DNA from: Planctomycetota bacterium | GTDB taxonomy: Bacteria > Planctomycetota > B15-G4 > JADJEK01 | DNA: 64,000 nt | Assembly: GCA_044225365.1 (NCBI GenBank) | Contig: JBGAIQ010000005.1 | Span: 96,001 to 160,000 of the forward strand | Reading direction: 5' to 3' | The notes under the pieces: model-generated | Database searches by the model: none | What the model was told of the DNA's origin: nothing | Seen by the model: the letters and a program-made list of their open reading frames with translations, nothing else | Shown here: one piece after another, positions 9,819 to 19,110 of the stretch | How the letters are laid out: each line of letters starts with the position of its first letter | How positions within the stretch are numbered: the first letter of the stretch is position 1 | Made by a program: the position numbers and the translations under genes

Positions 9819-11537
9819 ATGGCCTCGCGTTCTTCGTCGTACGTCGCGTCCCTTTCGTTCGTCGCCCTCCTTCTCGTGAGTGGCCGAGTCCTCGCTGACA
9901 CGACGGAACTCGAAAGCGTTGCATCGGGCGGTACGCCCGCGAGTGGCTACGTCAGCGGTTTCGCATCGCTGTCGGCGGATGGGCGGTACATCGCGATCGA
10001 GAGCCTCGACACCACCCTCGTTCCCGGCGACACGAACGGCTTTCGCGACATCTTCCTCCGTGACACGAAGCTGAACACGACCATCAAGGTCTCGAAGGGT
10101 TTCTTCGGCGCCCAGTCGGACGGTGAGAGCGTGTGCCCGTGGACCTCGAACGATGGCCGCTACGTCGCGTTCTCGTCGTACGCTTCGGACCTGGTGACGG
10201 GAGACTTCAACGACGCACTCGACTGCTTCGTGTGGGATCGCACGACGCAGAAACTGACGCTCGTCAGCGCGACGCCCGCCGGGGTGCAGGGCGACTACGA
10301 CAGCGTCCTCGCGACGATGAGCGCAGACGGCCGTTACCTCGCATTCGAGAGCTACGCGGACAACCTCGTCCCGAACGACACGAACAACGCGGCCGACATC
10401 TTCGTGCGCGATCTCTTGAACGGAACGATCGAACGGATCAGCACCGTTCCCGCGGCGCTCGGCGGCGGAGAAGGAAACAGCGACAGCCTCCTGCCCATCA
10501 TTGCCACTGGTGGGCGCTACGTCGTCTTCAGCAGCTACGCATCGAACCTCGCGCCGAACGACACGAACAACGCGCAGGATGTGTTCCGCTACGACCTGGT
10601 CACGCATGCGCTCGATCGCGTTTCCGTCGCCACGAATGGCGCGGGGGCGAACGGGGAATCGCGTTCCAACGCGTGGTCGATCGTGTCGGCCGACGGTCGC
10701 TACGTGGTCTTCCACAGCGACGCGACGAATCTCGTTCCGAACGATACGAACGGAACGACCGACGTCTTCGTGCGCGACATGGTGCTCGGTGTGACGACGC
10801 GCGTCTCGGTCGGTGCGAACGGCAACGAGGCGCACGGTGAGAGCAAGACTCCCTCGCTGTCGGCCGACGGCCGCTACGTGACGTTCGAGAGCGCGGCTCC
10901 GGACCTCGTTCCGGGCGACGGCAACGGAACGATCGATGTCTTCCGCAAGGATCTCTACACGGGGAACATCGTCCGTGTCAGCGTGACGAGTACTGGACTC
11001 GAGGGACATGGCGCGAGCTACTACGCGAGCTGCACGTCCGACGGCCGCACCGTCGTCTACACCAGCACCGCGCCGGATCTCGTCGCGAACGACCTGAACG
11101 CCAATCCGGACGTCTTCGCGTTCCGCGACACGTGGAACGAATTCCACTCGTACGGGACTGGCCTCGCCGGCTCGGCGGGGATCGTTCCGACGCTGCTCGG
11201 CGCGAATGGATCCGCCGCCCAGGGCGGTGCCGCGATCGGCATCCAGAACTGCCTCGGCGGCGCGAACGGAATGCTCTTCGTCGCCGCGCAGAAGGCCGAC
11301 ATCTTCCCCGTCTTCGGCGGCCACCTCCTCGTGAGCCTCGCGTCGCCGTTCGTGATGCTGAATCTGCCGGTGTCCGGTCCCTCCGGTCTACCCGGATTCG
11401 GTGGCGTCGGCTTCTCGACGCTCGATACCCACGCCCTCGCCGGGTACTCGCTGTACTTCCAGTTCCTCGTGATCGATCCCGGCGCCGTGAAGGGCGTCGC
11501 GATGTCGAACGGCCTCGAGCTCGACGTCGCGAACTGA
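9819..11537 (+). CDS. Secreted TolB-like/PD40 repeat protein with shared C-terminal domain
   Basis: Signal peptide; repeated SADGRYVAFxSxAxNLVPxDTNxxxDIFVRD; C-terminus YGTGLAG…FQFLVIDP…SNGLELDVAN. Confidence 0.85.
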   Translation: MASRSSSYVASLSFVALLLVSGRVLADTTELESVASGGTPASGYVSGFASLSADGRYIAIESLDTTLVPGDTNGFRDIFLRDTKLNTTIKVSKGFFGAQSDGESVCPWTSNDGRYVAFSSYASDLVTGDFNDALDCFVWDRTTQKLTLVSATPAGVQGDYDSVLATMSADGRYLAFESYADNLVPNDTNNAADIFVRDLLNGTIERISTVPAALGGGEGNSDSLLPIIATGGRYVVFSSYASNLAPNDTNNAQDVFRYDLVTHALDRVSVATNGAGANGESRSNAWSIVSADGRYVVFHSDATNLVPNDTNGTTDVFVRDMVLGVTTRVSVGANGNEAHGESKTPSLSADGRYVTFESAAPDLVPGDGNGTIDVFRKDLYTGNIVRVSVTSTGLEGHGASYYASCTSDGRTVVYTSTAPDLVANDLNANPDVFAFRDTWNEFHSYGTGLAGSAGIVPTLLGANGSAAQGGAAIGIQNCLGGANGMLFVAAQKADIFPVFGGHLLVSLASPFVMLNLPVSGPSGLPGFGGVGFSTLDTHALAGYSLYFQFLVIDPGAVKGVAMSNGLELDVAN

Positions 11538-11543
11538 GCGGCG

Positions 11544-13721
11544 TCACTGGATCGTCGACACCCGCGTGTCGCTGACCCGAAACTTCTGCGTGTACTTCGG
11601 CGGCCCACACATCGAGCCGGTCGCCGACGGAGGCAGGAGATCGATCACCTGCGTTGCGAAGCTCGCGCCGAGCAACGCAGGATCACAGGGGACGGTCGCC
11701 GTGAGGAACGTCGGAGTCGGAGTGATGACGAGCGGTGAGACCCCGAGGACGCACCCGCCCTGTCCCGGGCAGAGCGGAACGCTGGTCGGAGAGCCGAGCA
11801 ACAGCAGCGGATTCACGACGTTGCCGATCAGGATCCCGAAGTCGCCTCCGAGAACGACCGCATTGCTCGTGACGAGCGTGGGCTCGGGCGCGCCGCAACC
11901 GGTCTGCACCGTCGTGACGCCGCCCGTCCCCAGCGTCGTGAAGAATGCGCCCACGACATCGTGATCCCCGGTCGGTGTGCGGGTCCACGTGATCAGGTGG
12001 CGGCCGGGCTGATCGAGACCGCAGCTCGCGATCGAGGGTTCGCGATCGTCGAACGCCGAGGGCGCGACCGGGCCGTGCTTCTCGATCGCGACGAGTCCCG
12101 TCGCCGTCGTGAGCGACGTCGCGAAGACGTCGAAGTTCGAACTGGTCTGTCGCTCGCGATACGCGACGAGGAATCGGCAGCCGTCGAATCCGACCGCGGG
12201 ATCCGTCTGGTCGTTCGTATCGAGTCCCACGTGATCGAGCAGCGCGAGGCTCGTCACCGGAGTGGAGGGTGCGACGGCGCCGTTCTGGTTCTCGAGCGCG
12301 CGGATCATCACGTCGTCGTTGGTCGCATCGTCCGTGGCCCATGCGACGAGGAAGTGGAATCCGTCGCCCGCGATCTCCGGCGCGCGATCGATCTGCGCGG
12401 AGGACGACGTGAGCACCTGCGTGCTGCCGACGACTCCGCTTGGACTGATCTGGCGGTAGCCGATGTCGTTTGCGGCGCCGAAGACCGACGTGCCGGAATC
12501 GCTCTCGAAGGCGACGACCCACACGCCTCCCGGCCGACATCGCTGATTGACCCGTGGGCGCGTTTCGTCGAACAGCGCGGCGATCGTGAAGAAGCCGCCG
12601 AACGCGCCGTTGTCGGCGACCGCCTGAGCACGGATGTTCATTCCCGTTCCGACGCCCGATTGCGACCACGTGACGAGGAACGGTTCGGCGACGGAATCGT
12701 CCGCTGAACCCACGTCGGGATCGGCGACCGACCCGAAGAGCGTCGAGCTGACATCGAAGGTGTTGCCGAGGACGCCGGTGCTCGCGATCCGTTTGCGAGC
12801 TCTGATCTCGTCGTTGAGGATCAGGGATGGGACCGCACGCCACACGATCAGGAACGTCCCCGAGCGCTCCGCCACCGCGGGCGTCGTCGAGTCATCGCTC
12901 GAGATGTCGACCGGCAGCTCTTCCTTCAGGTTGCCGTTGAGATCGAAGCGACGCTGCAGGATGTCGCGATCGTTCGCCGAGACCGCGTCCTCGAACACGA
13001 CGAGGAACGTGTTGTCGGTCGGCGAGTAGGCGACATCCGGGTTGGCGGCGTCGTTCGAACCCGTATCGATCGCGAGCGTCGAGATCGTGGGATCGATCGT
13101 GAGCGGAAAGGTCGCTTCCGCGACGGATGCCCGCGGCACCCGCAGCTCGATCGTTTCCGCGGCCGCCGTGACGACGACGGCGAAGCGCCGGCCCGTCGCA
13201 TCGACTGCGACGGCATGTTCGTACCGCACGTCGCCGAGCCCGCCCGCCGAGAACCGCAGACCTCCATCCGCGCACGAGTGAAGAGCCAGATCGGTCGTCG
13301 CTTTCTGCACCACGACGAGATCTCCCGCTGCCGGACGGCGCGGGAAGACGAAGCTCTGCTCGACCTCGTCGATCGCGAGGTCGTAGACCTCGACGAATCC
13401 GCCGTGATCGAGGCTCACGCGGTTGCCATGTCGCTCCGGGCGAGCGCGATCCCCGATCGAGAGTCTCAGCGGCAGATTCCGTTCCGCCCTGATGCCGAAT
13501 CTCGGAACGAACGCCGCGGCGCCGTCCTCGAACTGCATCTTGTAGGTGGCCGCGGACGCGAAGATCCGGCCCATCCCGTCGCTGTCGAACAGCACGCGTG
13601 CACGCACATTGGGCACGTGGAGCGAGACGTCGGGAAGGCGGGTAGCGGAGAGCGGGTCGTCCGGGTCGGACGCGACCGCGAGCACGAACGAGAGTGCGGT
13701 CATGGGAAGGCTGGAAATCAT
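11544..13721 (-). CDS. Secreted protein: N-terminal beta domain, propeller-like repeats and shared C-terminal domain
   Basis: EVYDLAIDEVEQSFVF…VRYxxAVAVDATGR…FPLTIDP domain; PxVA…FLVxW repeats; C-terminus TGC…GCVLGV…DPALLGASFATQ…SDTRVSTIQ. Confidence 0.75.
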   Translation of the reverse strand: MISSLPMTALSFVLAVASDPDDPLSATRLPDVSLHVPNVRARVLFDSDGMGRIFASAATYKMQFEDGAAAFVPRFGIRAERNLPLRLSIGDRARPERHGNRVSLDHGGFVEVYDLAIDEVEQSFVFPRRPAAGDLVVVQKATTDLALHSCADGGLRFSAGGLGDVRYEHAVAVDATGRRFAVVVTAAAETIELRVPRASVAEATFPLTIDPTISTLAIDTGSNDAANPDVAYSPTDNTFLVVFEDAVSANDRDILQRRFDLNGNLKEELPVDISSDDSTTPAVAERSGTFLIVWRAVPSLILNDEIRARKRIASTGVLGNTFDVSSTLFGSVADPDVGSADDSVAEPFLVTWSQSGVGTGMNIRAQAVADNGAFGGFFTIAALFDETRPRVNQRCRPGGVWVVAFESDSGTSVFGAANDIGYRQISPSGVVGSTQVLTSSSAQIDRAPEIAGDGFHFLVAWATDDATNDDVMIRALENQNGAVAPSTPVTSLALLDHVGLDTNDQTDPAVGFDGCRFLVAYRERQTSSNFDVFATSLTTATGLVAIEKHGPVAPSAFDDREPSIASCGLDQPGRHLITWTRTPTGDHDVVGAFFTTLGTGGVTTVQTGCGAPEPTLVTSNAVVLGGDFGILIGNVVNPLLLLGSPTSVPLCPGQGGCVLGVSPLVITPTPTFLTATVPCDPALLGASFATQVIDLLPPSATGSMCGPPKYTQKFRVSDTRVSTIQ

Positions 13722-13961
13722 GGGAACCTCGATCTTCGAGTCGGAATTCGCGGTCGAGGACGCACTCCGATCCGCGCGGCGACAAGAAATCGCGAAATCG
13801 GGGGCGCGCCGCACAATTCGCAAGATCGAGCAAAAGGCGACCCCCTCCGATTCCGATGAAGATGGAGTCCGAGTCGGTTGCGGCGGTGCCGACGGGCATG
13901 GGTTCCATGCGGCGGGAAACCCCTCGATCGACGACGAAGACAACTTCACCTCGAGGCATCG

Positions 13962-14495
13962 TTGCAGCACGTACATCGACCCCACTTCCATCGCCTACGT
14001 CGACGTCGAGGTTTCACTCTCGTCGAGATCACGGTGAGTTTCGCGATCCTCGCGACGGCGCTCGCCGTCCTCCTCCAGGGGCTGCTCACCCTCACCCATG
14101 CACGACAGTCCGCGGCCGAACGTCATCGCGTCGCGACCGCGCTGTCACGCGCCTTCGAGACTCTCGAGGCGATGGGCCCGACGGGTAGCTACGAGTCGTA
14201 CAAGCCCGATGCGGCCGGCGAGCCATTCCTCGTCCCGAGCATCCAGGATCAGGCGGGCCATCCCGTCGCCGTCGGAATCCAGTTCTTCGTCGACGAGACC
14301 GCGAACTCTCCCGAGCTCGGGTTGCCGCGCGACCTCGACGGGGACGGTGCCATCTCCAACGCGGATGTCGGCGTCCTCGGCGCCGACGGCAAGATCGCAG
14401 CGACGATGCTCCCGGTGAAGCTGACCGTTTCGTGGCGCAGCTTCGACGGATCCAGCCGGTCGCTCGAGTGGACCGGCGTCATCACTTCCACCTGA
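13962..14495 (+). CDS. Prepilin-type N-terminal cleavage/methylation protein (PilV/GspI-like)
   Basis: RRRRG|FTLVEITVSFAILA class III signal; start inferred at TTG 13962 after GAGG. Confidence 0.78.
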   Translation: MQHVHRPHFHRLRRRRGFTLVEITVSFAILATALAVLLQGLLTLTHARQSAAERHRVATALSRAFETLEAMGPTGSYESYKPDAAGEPFLVPSIQDQAGHPVAVGIQFFVDETANSPELGLPRDLDGDGAISNADVGVLGADGKIAATMLPVKLTVSWRSFDGSSRSLEWTGVITST

Positions 14496-14498
14496 GCG

Positions 14499-15218
14499 AT
14501 GAACATGAACACGAACACCACTCGATCGCTCGTCTCTCGCCGTCGCCGCGGCTTCACCCTCACCGAACTCGTGGTGGTCGTTGCGATCGTCGGCCTGATG
14601 ACGGCGCTCATGGCTTCGGGCATGGAACGTGGCGAGTCGTTCGCGACGGTGGAGATGAGTCGCACCTCCGTCGAGGCGAAGTTCCAACAAACGACCGATC
14701 GCTTCCGCCAGCAGTTCATGATCGCTCGCGTCGACCCACCGATCGATTACGGCACGCGCGTTCGGTACATGATGCCGATCGATCATGACGGCAACGGCAT
14801 GACCTACGACGGCGAAGGCGCGATCACCTGGGGCTGGACGATCGACGGAGTGCCGGCGCTCGGCGCCTCGGCGTGGCTCACGTGGGTCCAGGATTCGACG
14901 ATCACCGAAGCCTCGATCGACCTCGATGTCAACAAGGACGGCGACAAGGCCGACTCGTTCGACCTCGGTCACATCGAAGAACAATTGCCCGACGGCAAGA
15001 AACTTCAGCTCACCGGCTCGTCGGTCCTGCAGAAGTCCGGCAATCCCGGCGGCGACATCGACGAGGACGGCACGCTCGATCCGCTGTTCGACGTCTACGA
15101 CGCCGGCCACTCGCGACTCGCCCACTTGAAGGTATTCGGCCTCTTCCGTCTCCCGGACGGCAAGTGGCAGACGCTCCGCTACGACTCGTCGGTACGTCTC
15201 CAGAACGATGGGTCTTGA
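14499..15218 (+). CDS. Prepilin-type protein (PilW/GspJ-like)
   Basis: RRRRG|FTLTELVVVVAIVG; several DxDxDG-type Ca-binding loops. Confidence 0.82.
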   Translation: MNMNTNTTRSLVSRRRRGFTLTELVVVVAIVGLMTALMASGMERGESFATVEMSRTSVEAKFQQTTDRFRQQFMIARVDPPIDYGTRVRYMMPIDHDGNGMTYDGEGAITWGWTIDGVPALGASAWLTWVQDSTITEASIDLDVNKDGDKADSFDLGHIEEQLPDGKKLQLTGSSVLQKSGNPGGDIDEDGTLDPLFDVYDAGHSRLAHLKVFGLFRLPDGKWQTLRYDSSVRLQNDGS

Positions 15219-15261
15219 CCGAAATGCGAATCCCTGCCCGGGATCCCAAGGTACTCCACCG

Positions 15262-17421
15262 ATGAACTCCTCCCTGTACGAACGACGACATCGCACCGAG
15301 AACTCGCAGGGCTTCACCCTGCTCGGCACGATCCTGCTCGTCGCGGTCTGCTCCGGGCTCACGCTCACCTACTTCGCGATGTCGTCCGGATCGATCCGCG
15401 TAGCGACGCGTCGTGAATCCTCGATGCGACTCGACGCGACCGCCACGAGCGCCGCGCAACTCGTCGCGCAGGAAGTGTGGAATCGCTACGTCCACGCGAA
15501 CGGTGGCGCCGCGACGGACCTCAGCAGTTTCCGCGAATTCCTCGATGCCGGGAGTTCGGTCGCGGCCGTGCCCAAGGGCGACGGAGACGCCTTCGGGGTC
15601 GCGACGGACGTGAAGAGTGTCATCGCGGGCGACGCCGGTGAAGGGGCATCGAAGTTCGGTCAGCTGTACCTCGTCGCCGCGACCGCACGGCGACGCGACA
15701 CCGACGTGGAGACCGATCTCGAGGTCAGCGTCACGATGGCGACGGGCGACGTCCCGTCCGCCGAACGCACGAGCGTGCGCCAGGCGTTCACGATCGGCGG
15801 TGCGGAGTTCAAGGGCTTCGACTACGCGCTGCTCACGAACAACGTGAACTGCATCATGTGCCACGCGACGTTCGACAGCGCGGGTCGGTACTACAACAGC
15901 GATGCCTCCAAGCTGAGTTCGTTCAATCGAGTGAAGATCGGCACGCTGTCGTCTCTCCAGATTCGGGCGCACGAAGCGATGTCGGACGTCTACGGCACGA
16001 TCCACAGCCGTGGCTCGCTGATGGACTCCGAGGGAAATCCGTTGGCCTCGCTCTCGAACACCACGCTGCAGGGCGCAGAGCTCGACGAAACGGGTCACAT
16101 CGTCGAGCAGCAGAACGGCTCGATCCTCCAGGACGATCTCACTCTCGCATCGGGCGATCCGCTCCCGCAGAACGGGCAGCTCTATCTCAACTACCCGACG
16201 CAGATCCCGCAGATGACGGACGGCGAACTCCCACTCGCGTTCCCCGCGGCGGTCCCCGACATGAACGGGAACAAGAAAGTCGACAAGGACGAATTCGACC
16301 TGATCGCGAAGAACTCCACGGGCTCGCTCGGCGGCTCGATCCTCACGGTGAAGGACGGCTCCACGTTCGAGTCCTCGATCGCGTCGGGCAGCGTCAAGCC
16401 ATCGATCAGCGGTTCGACGAACGACAACCTCGTGCTCATGGGCACGCCCGACAATCCGATCAAGATCGACGGCAAGATCGCGGTCGACGGCGACGTCGTG
16501 TTGTTCGGCACCGTGAAGGGCGAAGGCGCGATCTACGCCTCGGGCAATGTGTACGTCGTAGGCGACCTGCAATATGCCGATGGCGTCGACGCCAACGGCA
16601 ATCGCACGTTCGGTGTCGGGCAGGACGGGCACCCGAATGCGCTCGCTCTCGCGGCCGGCGGCAACATCATCACGGGCGATCACCTCAGCATCCCGAAGTG
16701 GGGTCCGTACCAGAGCAATCCGGCACCGGTGAACGGCGACGGCACGGGCAGCTACAACTTCACGATGAACGAGATGGCGATCTTCAACCGCCAGGAATGG
16801 GCGAAGACGCAACCCACGCTCCCTGGGATCGACGGCCAGCCCGTCACGAATCCGTCCTACGTCGCGAACTACACGCCGAGCTACTACGTCCTCAACGAGG
16901 GCAATCCCGTCTTCATCATGAACGGCGCGAACCTCGGCGCGGGCGACCAGAGCCAACTCTACTTCGATCCCGCGTCCGGGCTGTGGAAGGGCAAGGAACT
17001 GCTCGAGACCTACGAGAAGCCGTTCCTCCAGCAGATCAATGCCACGGACGCCGCCTACGGCAGTGCGGTGATCAAGCCGCTGTCGCCGCAGAACCACTGG
17101 ATGTCGATCGCGTCGCTCCAGGGCCTGCGCAAACTCGCCGAGATGTTCCATCCCGTCGGGCCGATGAAGGTCGACGCGCTGCTCTACACCAACAACGCCG
17201 CCTTCGCGATGATGCGCAACCTGTCGAAGTATCAGGGGCGACTGCTCCTCAACGGCGGCCTCATCGCGGCGGACACGGGTGTGCTCCTGCCGAACGGCTT
17301 CAACCTCAACTTCGACCCGCGCCCGAGCAAGTTCGTGAATTTGTGGGACCTCACGAAGCCAATCGAGATGCATCGCGCGGTGTGGCGCAAGTTGAACAGC
17401 TACTCCGAACAGCAGCCGTGA
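15262..17421 (+). CDS. Large PilX/GspK-like pilin with a single CxxCH motif
   Basis: QG|FTLLG (no Glu5, as in PilX/GspK); NCIMCH at 15847-15864; beta-helix-like GAIYASGNVYVVGDL and ALAAGGNII repeats. Confidence 0.72.
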   Translation: MNSSLYERRHRTENSQGFTLLGTILLVAVCSGLTLTYFAMSSGSIRVATRRESSMRLDATATSAAQLVAQEVWNRYVHANGGAATDLSSFREFLDAGSSVAAVPKGDGDAFGVATDVKSVIAGDAGEGASKFGQLYLVAATARRRDTDVETDLEVSVTMATGDVPSAERTSVRQAFTIGGAEFKGFDYALLTNNVNCIMCHATFDSAGRYYNSDASKLSSFNRVKIGTLSSLQIRAHEAMSDVYGTIHSRGSLMDSEGNPLASLSNTTLQGAELDETGHIVEQQNGSILQDDLTLASGDPLPQNGQLYLNYPTQIPQMTDGELPLAFPAAVPDMNGNKKVDKDEFDLIAKNSTGSLGGSILTVKDGSTFESSIASGSVKPSISGSTNDNLVLMGTPDNPIKIDGKIAVDGDVVLFGTVKGEGAIYASGNVYVVGDLQYADGVDANGNRTFGVGQDGHPNALALAAGGNIITGDHLSIPKWGPYQSNPAPVNGDGTGSYNFTMNEMAIFNRQEWAKTQPTLPGIDGQPVTNPSYVANYTPSYYVLNEGNPVFIMNGANLGAGDQSQLYFDPASGLWKGKELLETYEKPFLQQINATDAAYGSAVIKPLSPQNHWMSIASLQGLRKLAEMFHPVGPMKVDALLYTNNAAFAMMRNLSKYQGRLLLNGGLIAADTGVLLPNGFNLNFDPRPSKFVNLWDLTKPIEMHRAVWRKLNSYSEQQP

Positions 17422-17455
17422 CTTCCAGCATGGAACGAGAGCCCGAGGGGATTTC

Positions 17456-17800
17456 ATGATCCGCAAGTACATCCCGTTCGCACTCGGCGGAGTCGTGGTG
17501 GCGATGATCGCCGCCGCGGGCATCCCCTCCGCGCATCGCGACGCTCCGCTCGTGAAGCCCTACGCGCCGATGGCGAAGAAGATCGCGCCCGCTCCCGTTC
17601 CCGACGACGCCACGGAGAGCGAACCGTCGCCGGAACCGGCGCCGCCCGCGGACCACTACAACGCAGAGTGGCATGATCGCTTTCGACTCACCCCGCAGGC
17701 CGCGATCCAGCGCGATCTGCCCAAGGTCGACTTCCAATCGATCCACGAGGCACCCGAGACAGCGGGCAAGTCGAAGTCGAAGGCGAAGGGTCGATCCTGA
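17456..17800 (+). CDS. Small hypothetical exported protein at end of pilin operon
   Basis: GAGGGG RBS, N-terminal hydrophobic helix, Pro-rich linker. Confidence 0.55.
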   Translation: MIRKYIPFALGGVVVAMIAAAGIPSAHRDAPLVKPYAPMAKKIAPAPVPDDATESEPSPEPAPPADHYNAEWHDRFRLTPQAAIQRDLPKVDFQSIHEAPETAGKSKSKAKGRS

Positions 17801-17847
17801 CGAACGGGCGGGGGACGGATCGCAGCTGGCATCCACTCTCCTCCTCT

Positions 17848-18230
17848 TCGGACCGCCACGCTCCAGCGTGGCATTTGTTCGTCCCATTCCCTCGGTCCCG
17901 TGTCCTCGGACCGCCACGCTCCAGCATGGCATGTGTTCTTCCATTCCATGCCAGGCAGAGCCTGGCGCTCCCCATATCCGGACCGCCACGCTCCAGCGTG
18001 GCATATGTTCTTCCATTCCATGCCAGGCAGAGCCTGGCGCTCCCCATATTCGGACCGCCACGCTCCAGCGTGGCATTTGTTCTTCCATTCCATGCCAGGC
18101 AGAGCCTGGCGCTCCCCATATCCGGACCGCCACGCTCCAGCGCGGCATATGTTCTTCCATTCCATGCCAGGCAGAGCCTGGCGCTCCCCATATCCGGACC
18201 GCCACGCTCCAGCGTGGCATATGTTCTTCC
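17848..18230. repeat. 72-bp tandem array of alternating inverted REP-like palindromes (BIME-like)
   Basis: CGGACCGCCACGCTCCAGCGTGGC (with minor variants) starts at 17849, 17907, 17979, 18051, 18123 and 18195. Four copies of GCCAGGCAGAGCCTGGCGCTCCC lie between the last five; linkers are near-identical. Confidence 0.9.
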
Positions 18231-18384
18231 CGCGCCTCGGTGTCGCCTTGCCCTTCCTCACCCGTCGGTGCGAAGTCTTCGCGGCGTGATCCCGATGCGG
18301 GACACGAGGAGCACCGCACACCCGCTCGCGTCGTTCGAAATTCGAACGAGCCTACGGTTGCACGATTCCATCCGGAACTCGTGA

Positions 18385-19095
18385 CGTCGCTTCGCGACCG
18401 TTCATAAGCGACTCTACCGTTATCGCATCCTCGACAAGCACCGATGTCCGGTCTACTCGATCGCGATCCTCGCCGACGACGATCCCAAGTGGCGGCCCGA
18501 CCGGTTCGAGCAGAGGTTCCACGACGACCTCGTCCTGTTTCGTTTCCGCTCGATCAAGCTGCTCGATCTCCGTCCGCGACTTGCGGAGCTCGAAGCGAGC
18601 CGGAATCCGTTCGCCATCCTCGTTGCGGCATATCTGCGCACGCGCGGCAGCCAGGCCGTTCGAAAGCGATTACAATGGAAGATCGAATTGGTGAACCTGA
18701 TCATCGAGCGCGGCCTCGATCGGGCGAAGATGATTCGCCTCCTGCGGCTCGTCGACTGGGTGATGCGGTTACCAGAAGATCTGAAATCGGAGTTCCACAG
18801 AACCGTGCGCGAGATTTCGGAGCGAAAGTCGATGCCGATCCTCATGAACATCGAGATCGAAGCGATGGAGCGTGGAATCGCGGAGGGATTGGCGGAGGGC
18901 GCAGCGAACGCGAAGCGGTCCGCACTCCTGCGCATCCTCGAGCTGCGATTCGGGCGAATCCCTGAGGTCCTGGCGAGGACCGTGGCTGCGACGAACGACG
19001 TCGCGCGGCTCGACGCCGCGATCGAACTCGCCGTGCTCGCGCCTTCGATCGATGAATTCCGAAGTCGATGTCCCTTCGCCGAACTCTCACCGTAG
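18385..19095 (+). pseudogene. 5'-truncated Rpn/PD-(D/E)XK transposase-like (DUF4351-type) gene
   Basis: The open frame reads YRYRILDK…PVYSIAILADDDPKWRP…NPFA…DWVMRLP…ERGIAEGLAEG…LRFG. The N-terminal nuclease half is missing and there is no start codon until 18688. Confidence 0.7.
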
Positions 19096-19110
19096 GCGCG
19101 AGCGGAGTCT

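Noticed and set aside
14493-14501. In-frame TGA between the first two pilin genes
   Set aside because: The second gene has its own class III signal peptide; this is ordinary operon spacing.
17848-18230. CRISPR array
   Set aside because: The intervening sequences are near-identical rather than unique spacers, and no cas genes are present.
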